From assembly GCF_000008305.1 (NCBI RefSeq), contig NC_006055.1:1-32000 (forward strand): a stretch of DNA of 32,000 nucleotides, written 5' to 3'. Each line of letters begins with the position of its first letter. Position 1 is the stretch's first letter. Below the pieces are notes generated by a model, which worked only from the letters and a program-made list of their open reading frames with translations, was not told the DNA's origin and did no database searches. The position numbers and the translations under genes were made by a program. Below, one piece after another: positions 9,837 through 24,874 of this stretch. The stretch comes from Mesoplasma florum L1. Lineage in GTDB: Bacteria > Bacillota_I > Bacilli_A > Mycoplasmatales > Mycoplasmataceae.

Positions 9837-12362
9837 ATGGAAATAAAAATATATGCTCCTGTTGATTGTGAAGTTTTAACTATTGATAAATGTTCTGATA
9901 AAGCTTTTTCACAAAAACTATTAGGAGATGGGCTTCTTATTAAACCGAAAAAAGGTAACTTTACTTTGCCGTTTGATGAAGCTAAAACTATTATGGTATT
10001 TGATACAAAACACGCATATGGTTTTGACATTAGCGGTGTTGGTATTTTAATACATTGTGGGCTTGAAACAGTAAACTTAAATGGTGAACCATTTTCAACA
10101 AGTCTGCAACCAAACCAAACGGTTAAAAAGGGCGAAAAAATATTTGATGTTGATTTAAAAATTTTGAAAAACAAAAATATTTCTTCAGAAACTCCAATCG
10201 TATTTGATAAAAATGTAAAAATAAAAAATTTAAGGGAAGGTTCATATAAACAAGGTGAATTAATTTGTAATATTGAATTTTTAAATGAGAATAAAGATCA
10301 AGAAATTAAAATTGATTCATTAGAAGATTTTTTTAATGTAAAAAATAAATATCAAAAAATTGCTTTTGATATTAATAAATGTGTTGGTAATAAAGAAAAT
10401 TATAAAAATGTTTATAACTGTATGACAAGACTTAGATTTCAAATAAAAAACAAAGAATTAGTAAATGAAGAAGAACTTCAAAAAATTAGTCTTGTAAAAC
10501 AACTTGTTTGAAATGGGGCAGAACTTCAGGTAATTATAGGGCAAGAAGTTTATAAAGTAAAAGATGAAGTTGTTGCCCAAAATGAATTTGTTGAATCTGT
10601 TGTTAAAGATGCCAATAAAGAAAAAAAATCAATTATTGGTAAATTTATGCAATTAATTGGAGGAACCTTAATTAGACAAATTCCCGTAATGACTGGGTGT
10701 GGAATCATTCAAGCTTTAATGGCCTTGTTGGTTATTGGGGGTATTATGCCTTCAATAGTTACATCAGGAACACCTGGTGAAGGACAAATATCTTTATTTG
10801 ATCCTAATCTTAATGCAGGTTGAGTTGCCTTATTTATTATTGCTAGAAGCGCAACATACTTTGCAGGTATAGTTGTTGCATATTCAGCTAGTGAGTACTT
10901 CGGTTTAAATCCAATTTTAGGTATAACAATTGGTATTATTCTTTCATCTCCACTTATTTTCTTATATGGTGGTCCAAATGGAATTGGTGAGGAAAAACTT
11001 TGAATTAATTTAGGTGAATTAAATACAAACAACATACCATTTAATAATATAACTAGAATATTTAAGATAGCGCCGTTAGGGACGAAAGTATTTGTTATTA
11101 TGCCTGTTATTTGAATTGCATCAAAAATTAACACATGAGTGTTAAAATGAATGCCAACAGCTTTAGATTTAATGTTTAGACCATTTATTTTATTCTTGGT
11201 TTGTTCACTTGTTGGATTCTTCTTATTTGCACCTGTTTGATATACTTTTGAAGCTTTATTTGGTGCACTTATGTATTATGTAACTAGTGCACCATTAGGT
11301 ATTGGTGTAGGAATTTATGTAGGAATGTGACAACTTTGTGTTATTTTCGGATTACACGGTCCATTAGGAATAGCTGCTCAAGTTGAATATTTATCAAACG
11401 GAGGTTGATCATACCTTGCAATTGGTGGTTCAGTTTCAGTTTGAGCTCAAGTTGGGGCATTAATTGGAGTTGCTATTATAACAAGAGATAGTGTATTAAA
11501 AAATCAAGCTTGGGGAATGGTTCCTATGGGACTTTTAGGAATTACAGAACCAATACTTTATGGAATAAACCTTCCTAAAAAAAGACCATTAATAGCGGGT
11601 ATAATGGCTGCATTTATTGCTGGAGCATTTATGAATTGAATGGGTGTTTCTATGAGAGCTCAAACCGGAATAGGTGTATTTGAAGCTATTGGATTCTTTG
11701 CTGATCCTACAATGGGAGGAACGGCAACTTTAGGTGGATTACAAAACGGATTATTCTATATTTTTGGTTGCCTATTATCAGTTGGTTCTGCAATTGGTAT
11801 AACAATGTTAATTTATAAAGAAAGATTTGAAGAAAAATCTTTAGTTGCTAAAACAACAAGAAAAATGTTTAAATATGTTGTTAAAGAAAAAGATTTTGAA
11901 AAAGAATTAGCAAAAAACTTAAAAGAAAATCTTAATGAAATATCACAAACTTATACAAAAGAAGAAAATAAATTTATTAAGGAACAAGAAAAAAATATTC
12001 AACAATATTTAAAATTAGTTGCAAAAATAAATGAAAAAAATATTCAAAATGATGAAAAAATTGAAAAATGTTATAAAGAAGGAAAAAAAGCAATTAAATC
12101 AAATAATAATAGTAAAGCTTTATTAATGAAAGAAAAAATTGATTCTCTTTCAAAATTAGATCTATCAGATTTAGAAAGAGAAAAAAATGAATTAAAATCA
12201 AAAATAGACTTTAATGGAATTAATGAAATTAAAAATCAAAAACTAAAACTTATTAATGCTATTGTTGATAAAGTTGAAAAAGAAAATAATGTTGATTTAT
12301 CAAAATATAAAAATGAATACTCAAAAGATGTTGATTCATTGTTATTAAATTATGCTTTATAG
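9837..12362 (+). CDS. PTS sugar transporter, fused EIIA-EIIB-EIIC (glucose/beta-glucoside family) with a charged C-terminal tail
   Basis: EIIA-Glc signature: KHAYGFD...GILIHCGLETVNLNG. EIIB phospho-Cys motif: NCMTRLRF. EIIC motif: GITEPILYGINLPKKRP. I checked the frame codon by codon from 10509 to 11640; it contains 10 TGA Trp codons and no TAA/TAG. I prefer start ATG 9837 (AAAGGAAA RBS) over ATG 9780. Stop is TAG 12360-12362, giving 841 aa. Confidence 0.88.
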
Positions 12363-12375
12363 AGAGAATTAAAAA

Positions 12376-13837
<1,462 letters not shown>

Positions 13838-13839
<2 letters not shown>

Positions 13840-13872
13840 AATAGTGCTCTTTAAGGGCACTATTTTATTTTA
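13838..13872 (+). terminator. Intrinsic terminator after GH1 paralog 1
   Basis: 12-bp stem AAAATAGTGCTC / GGGCACTATTTT (one G-U pair), loop TTTAA, then a T-rich tail. Confidence 0.7.
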
Positions 13873-13897
13873 TAATTATAAAAGAATAGAGGTTTTT

Positions 13898-14632
13898 ATG
13901 AAAGAAAAAATGGCTTTTAGATTTCTTGAAGAAATAGCTGAACAAGATTTCAATTTAACTAATAAATTAATAGCTGAAACTTTATTAGAAAATGCTATGA
14001 AAGGTCATTTTTTAGCTCAAAAAGACGTTTGTGATAAATGCTTTGTATCTGCAAGTACAATAACTAAATTCTCTAAAACTTTAGGTTATGAAGGTTTTCG
14101 TGAACTTATATTTTCATTAAAAAATGAATATGACGTAATTGCTCAAAAGAAAAAAACAATTGATAAAATTAATATATTTGAATCCATTGAATCATGAATA
14201 ATTAATTCTAAAAATTTTATTGAAAATTTAGGAAAAAATATAATTAATTCTAAAAGAATTAATATTTATTATTCTTATTGTTTAAAAAGCAGTGCAGAGT
14301 CTTTATATGAAACAATTCTTGGAATAAATAAAGATGTTTTTCTTATAAATCATAATCAAATATCAATAATTAATCATCAATTAAGAACAGGTGATATAAA
14401 CATATTCTTAGTATCTGGAAAAGATAACCAAACCCTTCTGAAATACTATCAGTATATTTTGGCTAATCAAAAATCATCAAATTTTGTAATTGCTTCAAAA
14501 CTAAGTAATTGAGTAGAAAAAAATAACGATTTTGCTATAACTTTTGATATTGGTGATGATTTTTCTCTTTCTTTATATAGAAATATAGCTCTTCAATGCT
14601 TGACATTAGAGTTGTTAAAATTAATAGTTTAA
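13898..14632 (+). CDS. RpiR/MurR-family transcriptional regulator (HTH plus SIS domain)
   Basis: RBS AGAGG precedes ATG 13898. The HTH region is AQKDVCDKCFVSASTITKFSKTLGYEGFRELIFSLK, followed by a SIS-like C-terminal half. The frame is joined through TGA 14195 and 14510. Stop is TAA 14630-14632, giving 244 aa. Confidence 0.8.
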
Positions 14633-14853
14633 ACTACTTTCTATTTTTAGAAGTATTTTTTTTATTTCTTTCAGAATATATAAATATATTGTTTTTAGGG
14701 ATAATTAAATTAGAAGAGCTTTTATTAAAATATTTGTTCTTTCCACCATCTAAATAATTTAATAGATTGGTGTAAAAAATTAAATTAAAACGAAAAAAGA
14801 ATTTTAAAAATATAAGAAATATTAACGTTTTATTATTTATGAAGGAGTAAGAA

Positions 14854-16248
14854 ATGAATAAATTTCCAAAAGATTTTTTATGAGGTGCGTCAACAAGCGC
14901 TTATCAATTTGAAGGAGCTATTAAACAAGGTGGTAAAGTAAGTTCTATTATGGATAGATTTGACGAACAGCCGTCATATCCAAAAGGAATAACAGGTTTT
15001 AAAGAGGCTTCAGATCACTATAATCATTGAAAAGAAGATGTAAAACTTATGTCTGAAATGGGATTCAAATCATATAGATTTTCGATTTCATGACCAAGAA
15101 TTATTAAAAATAAGGAAGGTGAAATTAATAAAGAAGGAATTAAATTTTATAATGATTTAATTGATGAACTTTTTAAACATAAAATTGAACCAATAGTGAC
15201 AATGTTTCATTTTGATATACCAGATTTTATCCAAGAAATTGGTGGTGTATGTACTAACGAATTTACAAAACAATTTGAAATTTACTCAGAAGTTTTATTT
15301 AAAAATTTTGGTTCAAAAATTAAATATTGATTAACAATAAACGAATTGAATATGTTTGCTCTAGCAGGACAAATTATTGGTGTTGTCCCAAGCGATCAAA
15401 AGATTAATTCATGACAATTAATGCACCATTTAAATGTTGCACAAGCTAAAGCTATTGTATTGTGTAGAAAAATTTGTCCATCTGCAAAAATAGGGCCTGC
15501 GCCAAATATTTCAACTGTTTACCCAGATTCAAATAAACCATTAGACTATGTAGCAAAATTAAATTTAGACATGGTTAGAAATTGAGTTTACTTAGATATT
15601 GTTTGTAGAGGTGAATATAGTCCAATATTTATTAATGGATTAAAAAAAATGGGACTTGAAATTACTATCACGGAGGAAGAAAAACAAATTCTTAAAAATT
15701 CTAAACCTGATTTTATTGCATTTAATTATTATTCAACAATGACTGTTAAAATGCCTACTGAAGAAAGTTTAAAGAATACAAAAAAAGATCAACAACAAGG
15801 ATTATCTATGCCAGGTTTTGGCGAAAGTGTTAAGAATGATAAACTTGAAAAAACTCAATTTGGTTGAGAGATTGACCCAGTTGGTTTTAGAAATACATTA
15901 AGAGAAGTTTATGACAGATATCAACTTCCAATCATGATAACAGAAAATGGAATCGGTGCAAGAGATGTTCTTGAAGAAGACGGAAAAATTCATGATAACT
16001 ACAGAATAGAATACTATGAAAAACACATACAGCAAATGGCTCTTGCAATTGCTGATGGAGTTGAAATGATTGGTTACATGCCTTGAAGTGCTATCGACTT
16101 AGTTTCGACTCACGAAGGTATTTCAAAAAGATATGGATTTGTATATGTTAACAGAGATGAATTTGATTTAAAAGATATGAAAAGATATAAAAAAGATAGT
16201 TTTCATTGATATAAAGAATTAATTAAAAATAATGGTGAAAATATTTAG
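14854..16248 (+). CDS. Glycoside hydrolase family 1 (phospho-)beta-glucosidase/galactosidase, divergent paralog 2
   Basis: RBS GAAGGAG precedes ATG 14854. N-terminus MNKFPKDFLWGASTSAYQFEGA. Motifs WLTINELN and MITENGIG are present. I checked the whole frame by hand; it contains 9 TGA Trp codons and no TAA/TAG. Length is 464 aa. Confidence 0.9.
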
Positions 16249-16263
16249 AGGAGATAGATACAT

Positions 16264-17718
16264 ATGACTAAAAAATTAGAATTTCCAAGCAATTTTTTAT
16301 GAGGTGGTGCTACTGCAGCATCTCAAATAGAAGGTGCTTATAATGTAGATGGAAAATCTCTTTCTGCTATTGAAATGATACCGTTTATTGAATTAAAAGA
16401 TAGAAAAGATTTATCACAAACAAGAAAGTTAACAACCCAAGATTTACTTGACTCTATTGAAAATAAAAAAGGTTTACATTACCCTAAAAGATTTGGAATA
16501 GACTTTTATCATAAATATAAAGAAGATATTGCTTTGTTTAAAGAAGCTGGAATGAAAGTGTTTAGAATGTCAGTTGCATGAACACGAATTTTTCCCAATG
16601 GAGATGAAACAGAACCTAATAGAAAAGGTCTAGAATTTTATAAAAACGTTTTTGAAGAATGCAAAAAACAAGGTTTAGAAATAATGGTAACTATAAATCA
16701 TTTTGACATGCCTTTTTCAATAATTCAAAAATATGGCGGATGAAAAAATAGACAAGTAATTGATATGTATTTTAAATACTCAAAAACTTTAATAGACGAA
16801 TTTCATAGCTATGTTAGATACTGATTACCTTTTAACGAAATCAATTTAGGTGTTTTATTTTCTGCAATGGGATTAGAGGGTAATAACGAAGAAAAAAGTT
16901 TAGCGGAAAGATTAGCAGGAACTTATCAGGATCTTCATAATCAATTTGTAGCGCAAGCAAAATTCATAGAGTATTCAAAAAAATTTAGTAATACAAAAGT
17001 TGGGTGTATGGTAGCAGATACAACAACATATGCAATTGATTGTAATCCAGTTAATGTTTTAGAAAATCAAAGAAAAGAACAAATGAAAAAGTTTTTTTAC
17101 TATGATGTTATGACAAAAGGAGAATATCCAAGCTATTCAAAAAGATACTTTAAAGAAAATGGGATTAATATTGTTAAAGAAAAAACAGATGATGAATTAC
17201 TTAAAAATAATACAGTTGAATTTTTATCATTCAGTTATTATATGTCTAGCACAATTGCTAAAGAAGAAGTTGAATTAACCGAGGGTAATTTAATGAAAAT
17301 GGGAAAAAATCCGTTTTTAGTTGCAACTGAATGAGGATGACAAATTGATCCTATTGGACTTAGATATTGCTTAAATCAGTTATGAGACAGATATCATTTA
17401 CCTTTATTTATTTCTGAAAATGGTATGGGTGTTTTAGAAACATTAAATGAAAATAATACTGTAGATGATGATTATCGAATTGAATATTTGAGTAGACACT
17501 TTGAACAAATGAGCGAAGCTATTAAAGACGGAGTAAATTTATTTGGATATACAATGTGAACACCTATTGATGTTGTTAGTGCAGGATCAAATGAAATGTC
17601 AAAAAGATATGGATTAATATTTGTAGATTATGATGATTATCATAGAGGAACAGGGAATAGATTTAAGAAAAAATCTTTTACTTGATTCCAAAACTTTATG
17701 AAAACAAGCGAAGTTTAA
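16264..17718 (+). CDS. 6-phospho-beta-glucosidase, glycoside hydrolase family 1 (paralog 3, close to paralog 1)
   Basis: RBS AGAGGAG precedes ATG 16264. N-terminus MTKKLEFPSNFLWGGATAASQIEGAY. Motifs LPFNEIN and FISENGMG are present. It shares long identical blocks with 12376..13839, e.g. YPKRFGIDFYH, GWQIDPIGLRY and [14 protein letters not shown]. Length is 484 aa. Confidence 0.92.
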
Positions 17719-17727
17719 GGAGATAAA

Positions 17728-18645
17728 ATGAAATATTATACTTTTGATATAGGTGGAACATCTACAAAGTACCTAATTTTTGAAGATAAAAAAGTTATTA
17801 AATCTGGCGTAATTGAGTATAAAGAACAAATGAAAGAAAAAGGTTCAATTAGAGACAAAATAACTTTAACTAAAATATTTGATGAAATATCAGTTATGCT
17901 TGAAAATGAAAGTATGGATTTTTGTTTAGGGCTATCAATTCCAGGTATTGTAGATAGTAAAAACCAAAAAATTTTAAGTGATTCTGGAATATCTGAAACA
18001 AATATCGATATTCAAGATTACTTTAAAAAATTTAAGAATATTATTAAATTAAGTATTGAAAACGATGCTAAATCAGCAGCATATGGTGAATTTTATTTTG
18101 GACAAGATCAAAAACCTATAAATATGGTACATCTGACTTTTGGTACAGGATTAGGTTGCGGAATTATTATAAATAAAGAAATTTATAGAACAATAAATCA
18201 TAAGGCCGGAGAAATTGGCAAAAGTTATTCAAACATAAATAGCACAGAGTCAGTTGTAGTAATGGACACAAGCGTTATTGCAATATTAATAAAATATAAA
18301 ATGGCAACAGGAAAAGAAATAAGTGGAAAAGAATTCTTTGAATTATACGAGAAAAAAGACCCTTTAGTTCAAAAATTAATGAAGGATTGAACATCAGCTG
18401 TTGCAAGAACCATTATTGGATTAGATTATAGTTTTGACTTTGATTTATTAACAATTGGTGGTGGCGTTAGCGATAATAAAATTTTTCAAAAACTTTTATT
18501 TGAAGAACTTGATTTAAATAAAGACTTTGAATTTATGGGAAATAAACTATCATCAAATGGTCAAACAATAAGCAAAGTAAAAATATCTAATTTAAAAAAT
18601 GATGCAGGTTGTTACGGAATGTTGGCAATTTTAAAACAAAATTAA
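17728..18645 (+). CDS. ROK-family sugar kinase (glucokinase / beta-glucoside kinase-like)
   Basis: RBS AAGGAG precedes ATG 17728. The N-terminal ATP motif is FDIGGTSTKY. The ROK-type glycine-rich block is GTGLGCGIIINKEIYRTINHKAGEIGK. The frame continues through TGA 18388 to TAA 18643-18645, giving 305 aa. Confidence 0.85.
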
Positions 18646-18649
18646 TAAA

Positions 18650-18686
18650 AAAACAAAGTTTAAAATTAAGACTTTGTTTTTTATTT
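18650..18686. terminator. Bidirectional intrinsic terminator (ROK kinase convergent with mnmE)
   Basis: Stem AAAACAAAGT / ACTTTGTTTT with an 11-nt loop, flanked by an A-run and a T-run. It overlaps the mnmE stop codon. Confidence 0.65.
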
Positions 18687-20039
18687 ACCTAAACAATACT
18701 TTTTGAATATATTATCAATTATTTCTTCGTCATATTGCTCACCAATTAATTGATTTAAATAATCTCAAGCTTCATGAAGATCAACATTAACAATATCAAT
18801 TGGCATACCACCAATAATTGCGTTTAAAGATTTTTCAAGTCTGTCTTTTACTTGCTCAACAAGAGTTATTTGCTGTAAATTAATTAGTATTAAAGAATCG
18901 TTATTTATTATCTCTTCATTTATATGCATTTGTTCAATTTTCATTATTAAGTTATCTATGTCATTATTAATCGCGCTAGTATAGACAAAATTATTATGTA
19001 AGTCTTTAATTTTATTTCTCTCTATGTCATTAATAAATTCACTTTTATTAAATACAAGTATGTAATTTTTGTTTTCTAATTTGTCAAAAATCATTTTATT
19101 TTCTTCATCATTAATTGATTTGAAATCAACAACAAATAAAACTAGTTCTGCTTCATCAATAATTTTTAATGATTTTTCAATTCCAAGACCTTCTACAATA
19201 TCAGTTGTTTCTCTAATACCGGCTGTATCAATTAAATTTAAACTTATATTTTCTAAATTAATTTCTCCAGTTACAATGTCTCTTGTTGTACCATGAATGT
19301 CTGTGACTATTGCTTTATCCTCATTTAATAATGCATTTAATAATGAAGACTTTCCAACATTTGTTTTACCAACAATAGCAGTTTTTATACCATTAGTATT
19401 TTTAATGGCCATTTTTGATCTTTTTAATAAATTGTTAACTTCTTCATTTATGCCAGATAAGGCTTTTGCTAATTCAGGAATACTGCTTCCCTCAACATCG
19501 TCATAATCAGGATAATCAATTGAAACTTGAATTCTAGAAATAATGTCTAATAAATTACCTTTTAGATTTATAATACTTTGATTATGGGCGCCACTCATAT
19601 TATTAACACCAATCTTTAAAGCTAATTCATTTTTAGCGAAGATTAAATCATTAATACCCTCAGCTTGAATTAAATCTATTTTATTGTTTAAAAATGCTCT
19701 TTGACTAAATTCACCTTTATTAGCCATTCTTGCGCCATTCTTGATAATTAAATTGATTATTCTCTGAGTGTTTAAAATACCCCCATGACAAGCAATTTCA
19801 ACAACGTTTTCACCTGTAAAGCTTGCAGGAGAAACAAATGATGTTATAACAACTTCATCAACCAACTCTTGACCATCAAACATTTTTCTAACTCAAACAT
19901 TTTTTTCTTCTTTAATTTTTGTTTTTAATAATTTATTAATAATGTTAAAACTGTCATCACCACTAATTCTAATTAATGAAATAGCTTGTGTTGATATATT
20001 AGTTGTTGGTGCTACTATAGTTTGATTTAAATTGTTCAT
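18681..20039 (-). CDS. mnmE: tRNA modification GTPase MnmE (TrmE)
   Basis: RBS CAGGAG precedes the ATG (complement of 20037-20039). G-domain motifs are [14 protein letters not shown] and DTAGIRET. The conserved C-terminal C-x-G-K is present as KYCLGK before the stop. Track ORF 18765..19883 is extended in-frame at both ends through TGA codons. Length is 452 aa. Confidence 0.93.
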
Positions 20040-20081
20040 GTAGATCTCCTGTCTTTATTACTTATTATACTATTTTAACAA

Positions 20082-20103
20082 TAAAAAAGATTCCGAAGAA
20101 TCT
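20082..20103 (-). terminator. Intrinsic terminator after the YfcC-type transporter gene
   Basis: On the minus strand: AGATTC-ttcg-GAATCT followed by TTTTTT. Confidence 0.65.
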
Positions 20104-20110
20104 AATTGAA

Positions 20111-21676
20111 TTAAGCAATATTACCGCCAATAGCACCACCAATTGAAATCATAACAATTGAAAGTATAAATAGAATAACTAATATAGGTCACATAACTTT
20201 AAAGAATTTTGTGTAATCTATTTTTGCAATACCAATAGCAGCCATTATAATACCCGATGTTGGCGTGAATAGATTTATGAATCCGTTTGCCATAGAAAAG
20301 GCAGTTATAGAACCACTAGCCAATACATCTGAGTCTTTTGCAAGAACTCCTCCTAGTAATGGGAATACTGCTCTTGCAAACCCTGATGTTGAAGGAATAA
20401 ATAATGAAAGAGGAATAAATAATATAAATAGAATAATTAGAATACCTATTGATGAATTAATTCCACCAATTGAACTAGCTAAACCAGAAACAACTAATTG
20501 TTGTATAAGTGATTTTTCAAGTGCTCAACCAATTCCACCTGCAACAGCAATAACTAAACAAACTCCAAATAAATCTTTGGCTCCAGCCATAAATTGATCT
20601 AAGAAACCATCTTCACCTAATCCATTAACTAATCCAAGCACAATTGAAGATAATAAGAAAATTGCTGAAACAACAATAAATCCACCATTTCCAAAACCTT
20701 CAGCTTGACTTGATAAATAGGGAATGTGTGTATTTATTCATTCTCCAAATTTATAAAAAGGCCCATAACTTGTTTTGTTATCATAACCTAAAATACTATC
20801 TCAACCAACCATATAGAAAATCATTAAAATAAATGTTAATCCAAAAAATACTAAAGTTAATTTTCTTTTTCAATTCATGTCTATTTTTTCAGCTGCTTCA
20901 TTTAAAAAGAATTTTTTATCTTCTTCCATTGTTTTGAAAACAACTGATTTTTGAGGATTCATTTTAACTCTTCATGAATATCACATTACAAAAATTATAG
21001 ATGCAGTTGTCATAACAAATCAAGATGTAAGTCTTCAAACTAAACCATCACCAACAGATGTTTCAATGCCAGCACCAGAACCATTTATTGTATCAACAGC
21101 AACCCCAATTGCAAAAGGATTAACTGTTGAGTTCATTACACCAACACCAGCACCAAGTAAAACAATCATAAAACCAGTTAATTTATCAAAACCAGCTGCC
21201 ATCATTAAAGGAATACAAATCATATAGAATCCTAAAGATTCTTCTGCCATACCTTCTGCACTACCAACTATAGAGAAGAAGACCATTAAAGGTATAATCG
21301 CTCATATTTCTTTACCTTTTAATGCAGATGTTATATTTTGCGAAAATCCTTCTAATGCTTTAGAACAAATAACAATATTTAAAAATCCTCCTAAAGCAAC
21401 TAAGAAAACAATAATCTCAGCGCCACTGACAAATCCATTAATAGGAGCAATAAATAAATCAAATATTCCTAAAGCAACAATATCATGTGATTCATTTTTG
21501 TCATCGATAACACTAACACCACTTCATTTTAGAATTCAGCTTATAAAAATAATAAATGCAATGATTAACAAAAGAATTGTAAAAGCGGAAAGCATTTTAA
21601 ATTGTTTTTTTTCTTTTGTTGATGGAACATCTTTATTTTTTTTGAAAGGATTTTTTATTTTAAAATCGTTTTTCAT
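20111..21676 (-). CDS. YfcC/DcuC-fold membrane transporter (putative basic amino acid antiporter, ArcD-like)
   Basis: Start is the ATG at complement of 21674-21676 and stop is the TAA at complement of 20111-20113, giving 1566 nt and 521 aa. I checked every plus-strand triplet in this frame from 20111 to 21037 and found no TAA/TAG. The protein is polytopic and hydrophobic, and contains GSAEGMAEESLGFYMICIPLMMAAGFD, which is typical of the YfcC family. Confidence 0.72.
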
Positions 21677-21723
21677 TAGAATTGACCCCAATCTTTAAAA
21701 TTTATTAAGTAAAATGATTATAT

Positions 21724-21748
21724 AAAAAAAAGAGTACTTTTAGTACCC
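21724..21748 (-). terminator. Intrinsic terminator after the APC permease gene
   Basis: On the minus strand: GGGTACT-aaa-AGTACTC (one G-U pair) followed by T8. Confidence 0.6.
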
Positions 21749-21758
21749 TTGAAATATA

Positions 21759-23372
21759 TTAATTTTCTTTTCTTTTAAAAACCTTATTTTTTAAATAGAT
21801 TAAATCAGTTTTTATACTTATGCTATCTTCAATTTCAATGTTTGGGTTGATTTCTCCATCTCACCCATCCAAATATGGATCTTTCTTAAATTTGTATTCT
21901 TGAATTAAGAAAACAATAACATTAATAGTTAAAGAAACCACTAAGATAATTAAGAATCACATTCCTGACTGAGTTATTCCTCAGTCACCTTTAGCAATGT
22001 TTTTTGGCTCTCAAATAAATGCGAAAATTCCAAAGAAAATAAATATAGCCATAAAGAGTGAAGAAATAATCCCACAAACCATAAATAATTTAGTTTGTTC
22101 AACTTTAACTTTCTTTGTGAATCTATTAACAACACCTGCTACCATAACAGCTAATACCATTATAAAAACTAATGCACTAGTTCCAGAAGAAAACCAATTT
22201 ATATAATCAGTTGGTCTATTTAATAACTCTTCTACATTTTCAATGCTTCCTGAGCCAACGGCTGAACCTATTCCATCTCATCCATCTCTTGTTGTAGAAA
22301 TACCTATAGTTATTAGGAAAGTGTAAGCAACAATAAAAATTATTAATTGTATGAAACCAGCTTCTTTATAGTTCATACTTCTTTTTTTTGTATAAATTGT
22401 TTTATTGTTAGCATCAGATGCTAAATCAACTATAGCGATATCAACGAATATGTTTGATCCTAATAAACATATACTCATCAGTATTAAGTTTGAGATAATT
22501 CTGGCAGCAGCACTTTCTTTACCACCTAACATTTTTTCTAATAACTTAACAATTGATCCATCTGGAGAACCCATAAACAATGATAAGGCCATTAGTACAT
22601 AAAATATAGCAACAAATATCATACCTGCGAATAAAGCTTTTGGAACAACATCTTTATTTGTTGCAGTTTTTTGTGCATTAGCAATATATACATATCCATC
22701 AAATGCAAATAAAATACCACCAAATCCACCTAGGAAAAGTATTGGTGATCATTCATTTGTTCCTCATGTATTTTTGTCAATTCCACCATTTCATCATGCA
22801 CTTGTACCACCTGTTTTATCAATTAAAATAAAACCTGCAATAAACGCAATTAGTAAAGGTAAAAATTTAATTAAAATACCGACAACTTGAATTTTTCTGT
22901 TAATAAATCTTTTATAGATAGACAAAATTGTACAAGTAATAAATATACTTATCCCAACAACTAAATAAATTAGTAATTGTTGATAAGGTGTAATTGGAGC
23001 ACCAATTGCTAATAATAAATAGTTAACAGCTCCAGCCACAAAAACACTTTGTGTGCTGGGTATATAAACTCATCCATACATAATAGAGAAAAAAGAAGCA
23101 GTTTTTCTATTTATAAATATTTTAGCTCAGTTCCCCAATGTACCATTACCAAAATGTTTTGTTGATGATGAAATTTCAATAAAAACAATCATTGACATGA
23201 TACAAATAACACCAACAAAGGATCAAAGAATTAATGCAATTATTGGGTTGTTTGTTTGATTTAATAATTCACTATTTTTCATATAAATACCAGAACCAAT
23301 TACAGTTCCAATAACCATTACAAAAAGAGTTAAAAATTCAAACGTTTTAGTTTTAGTTTTTTTAGTATTCAT
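21759..23372 (-). CDS. Amino acid permease, APC superfamily
   Basis: Start is the ATG at complement of 23370-23372 and stop is the TAA at complement of 21759-21761, giving 1614 nt and 537 aa. N-terminus: MNTKKTKTKTFEFLTLFVMVIGTVIGSGIYMK. Track fragments 22278..22622 and 22794..23039 share a frame, and I translated the gaps by hand and found only TGA codons. The protein is polytopic. Confidence 0.78.
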
Positions 23373-23433
23373 TGTTTTAACTTTCTATAAGATTAAAAAT
23401 AATTGTAATATAAAATTTTTAAAAGTGAAAACA

Positions 23434-23457
23434 AAATAAAAAAACACTCTAAGTGTT

Positions 23458-23458
<1 letters not shown>
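23434..23458 (-). terminator. Intrinsic terminator after serS
   Basis: On the minus strand: AAACACT-tag-AGTGTTT followed by TTTTTTATTTT. It overlaps the serS stop codon. Confidence 0.65.
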
Positions 23459-24726
<1,268 letters not shown>

Positions 24727-24874
24727 TTTTCCTCCAAGATCACTATGTGATTGCTATTTAAAATTATAATACAAATTAAGTTATAAAAAATCTATTCTTA
24801 TTAGATAGAAAGCTATAATGTAATATTTATTATAAAAATAAGGTAAAATTTAAAAATGTATAGGAGATGTTTAA

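Noticed and set aside
14684-14699. The AT-only palindrome AATATATAAATATATT upstream of the second GH1 operon could be an operator.
   Set aside because: It is made purely of A and T in an extremely AT-rich spacer. Such palindromes are expected by chance, and it does not resemble the 9736-9772 element.
24727-24874. A possible T-box leader upstream of serS, as in many Firmicutes.
   Set aside because: The whole divergent spacer is only 148 nt. I could not find the conserved T-box sequence, a specifier-loop architecture or a terminator/antiterminator pair. It contains only a 5-bp palindrome (ATCAC-ata-GTGAT).
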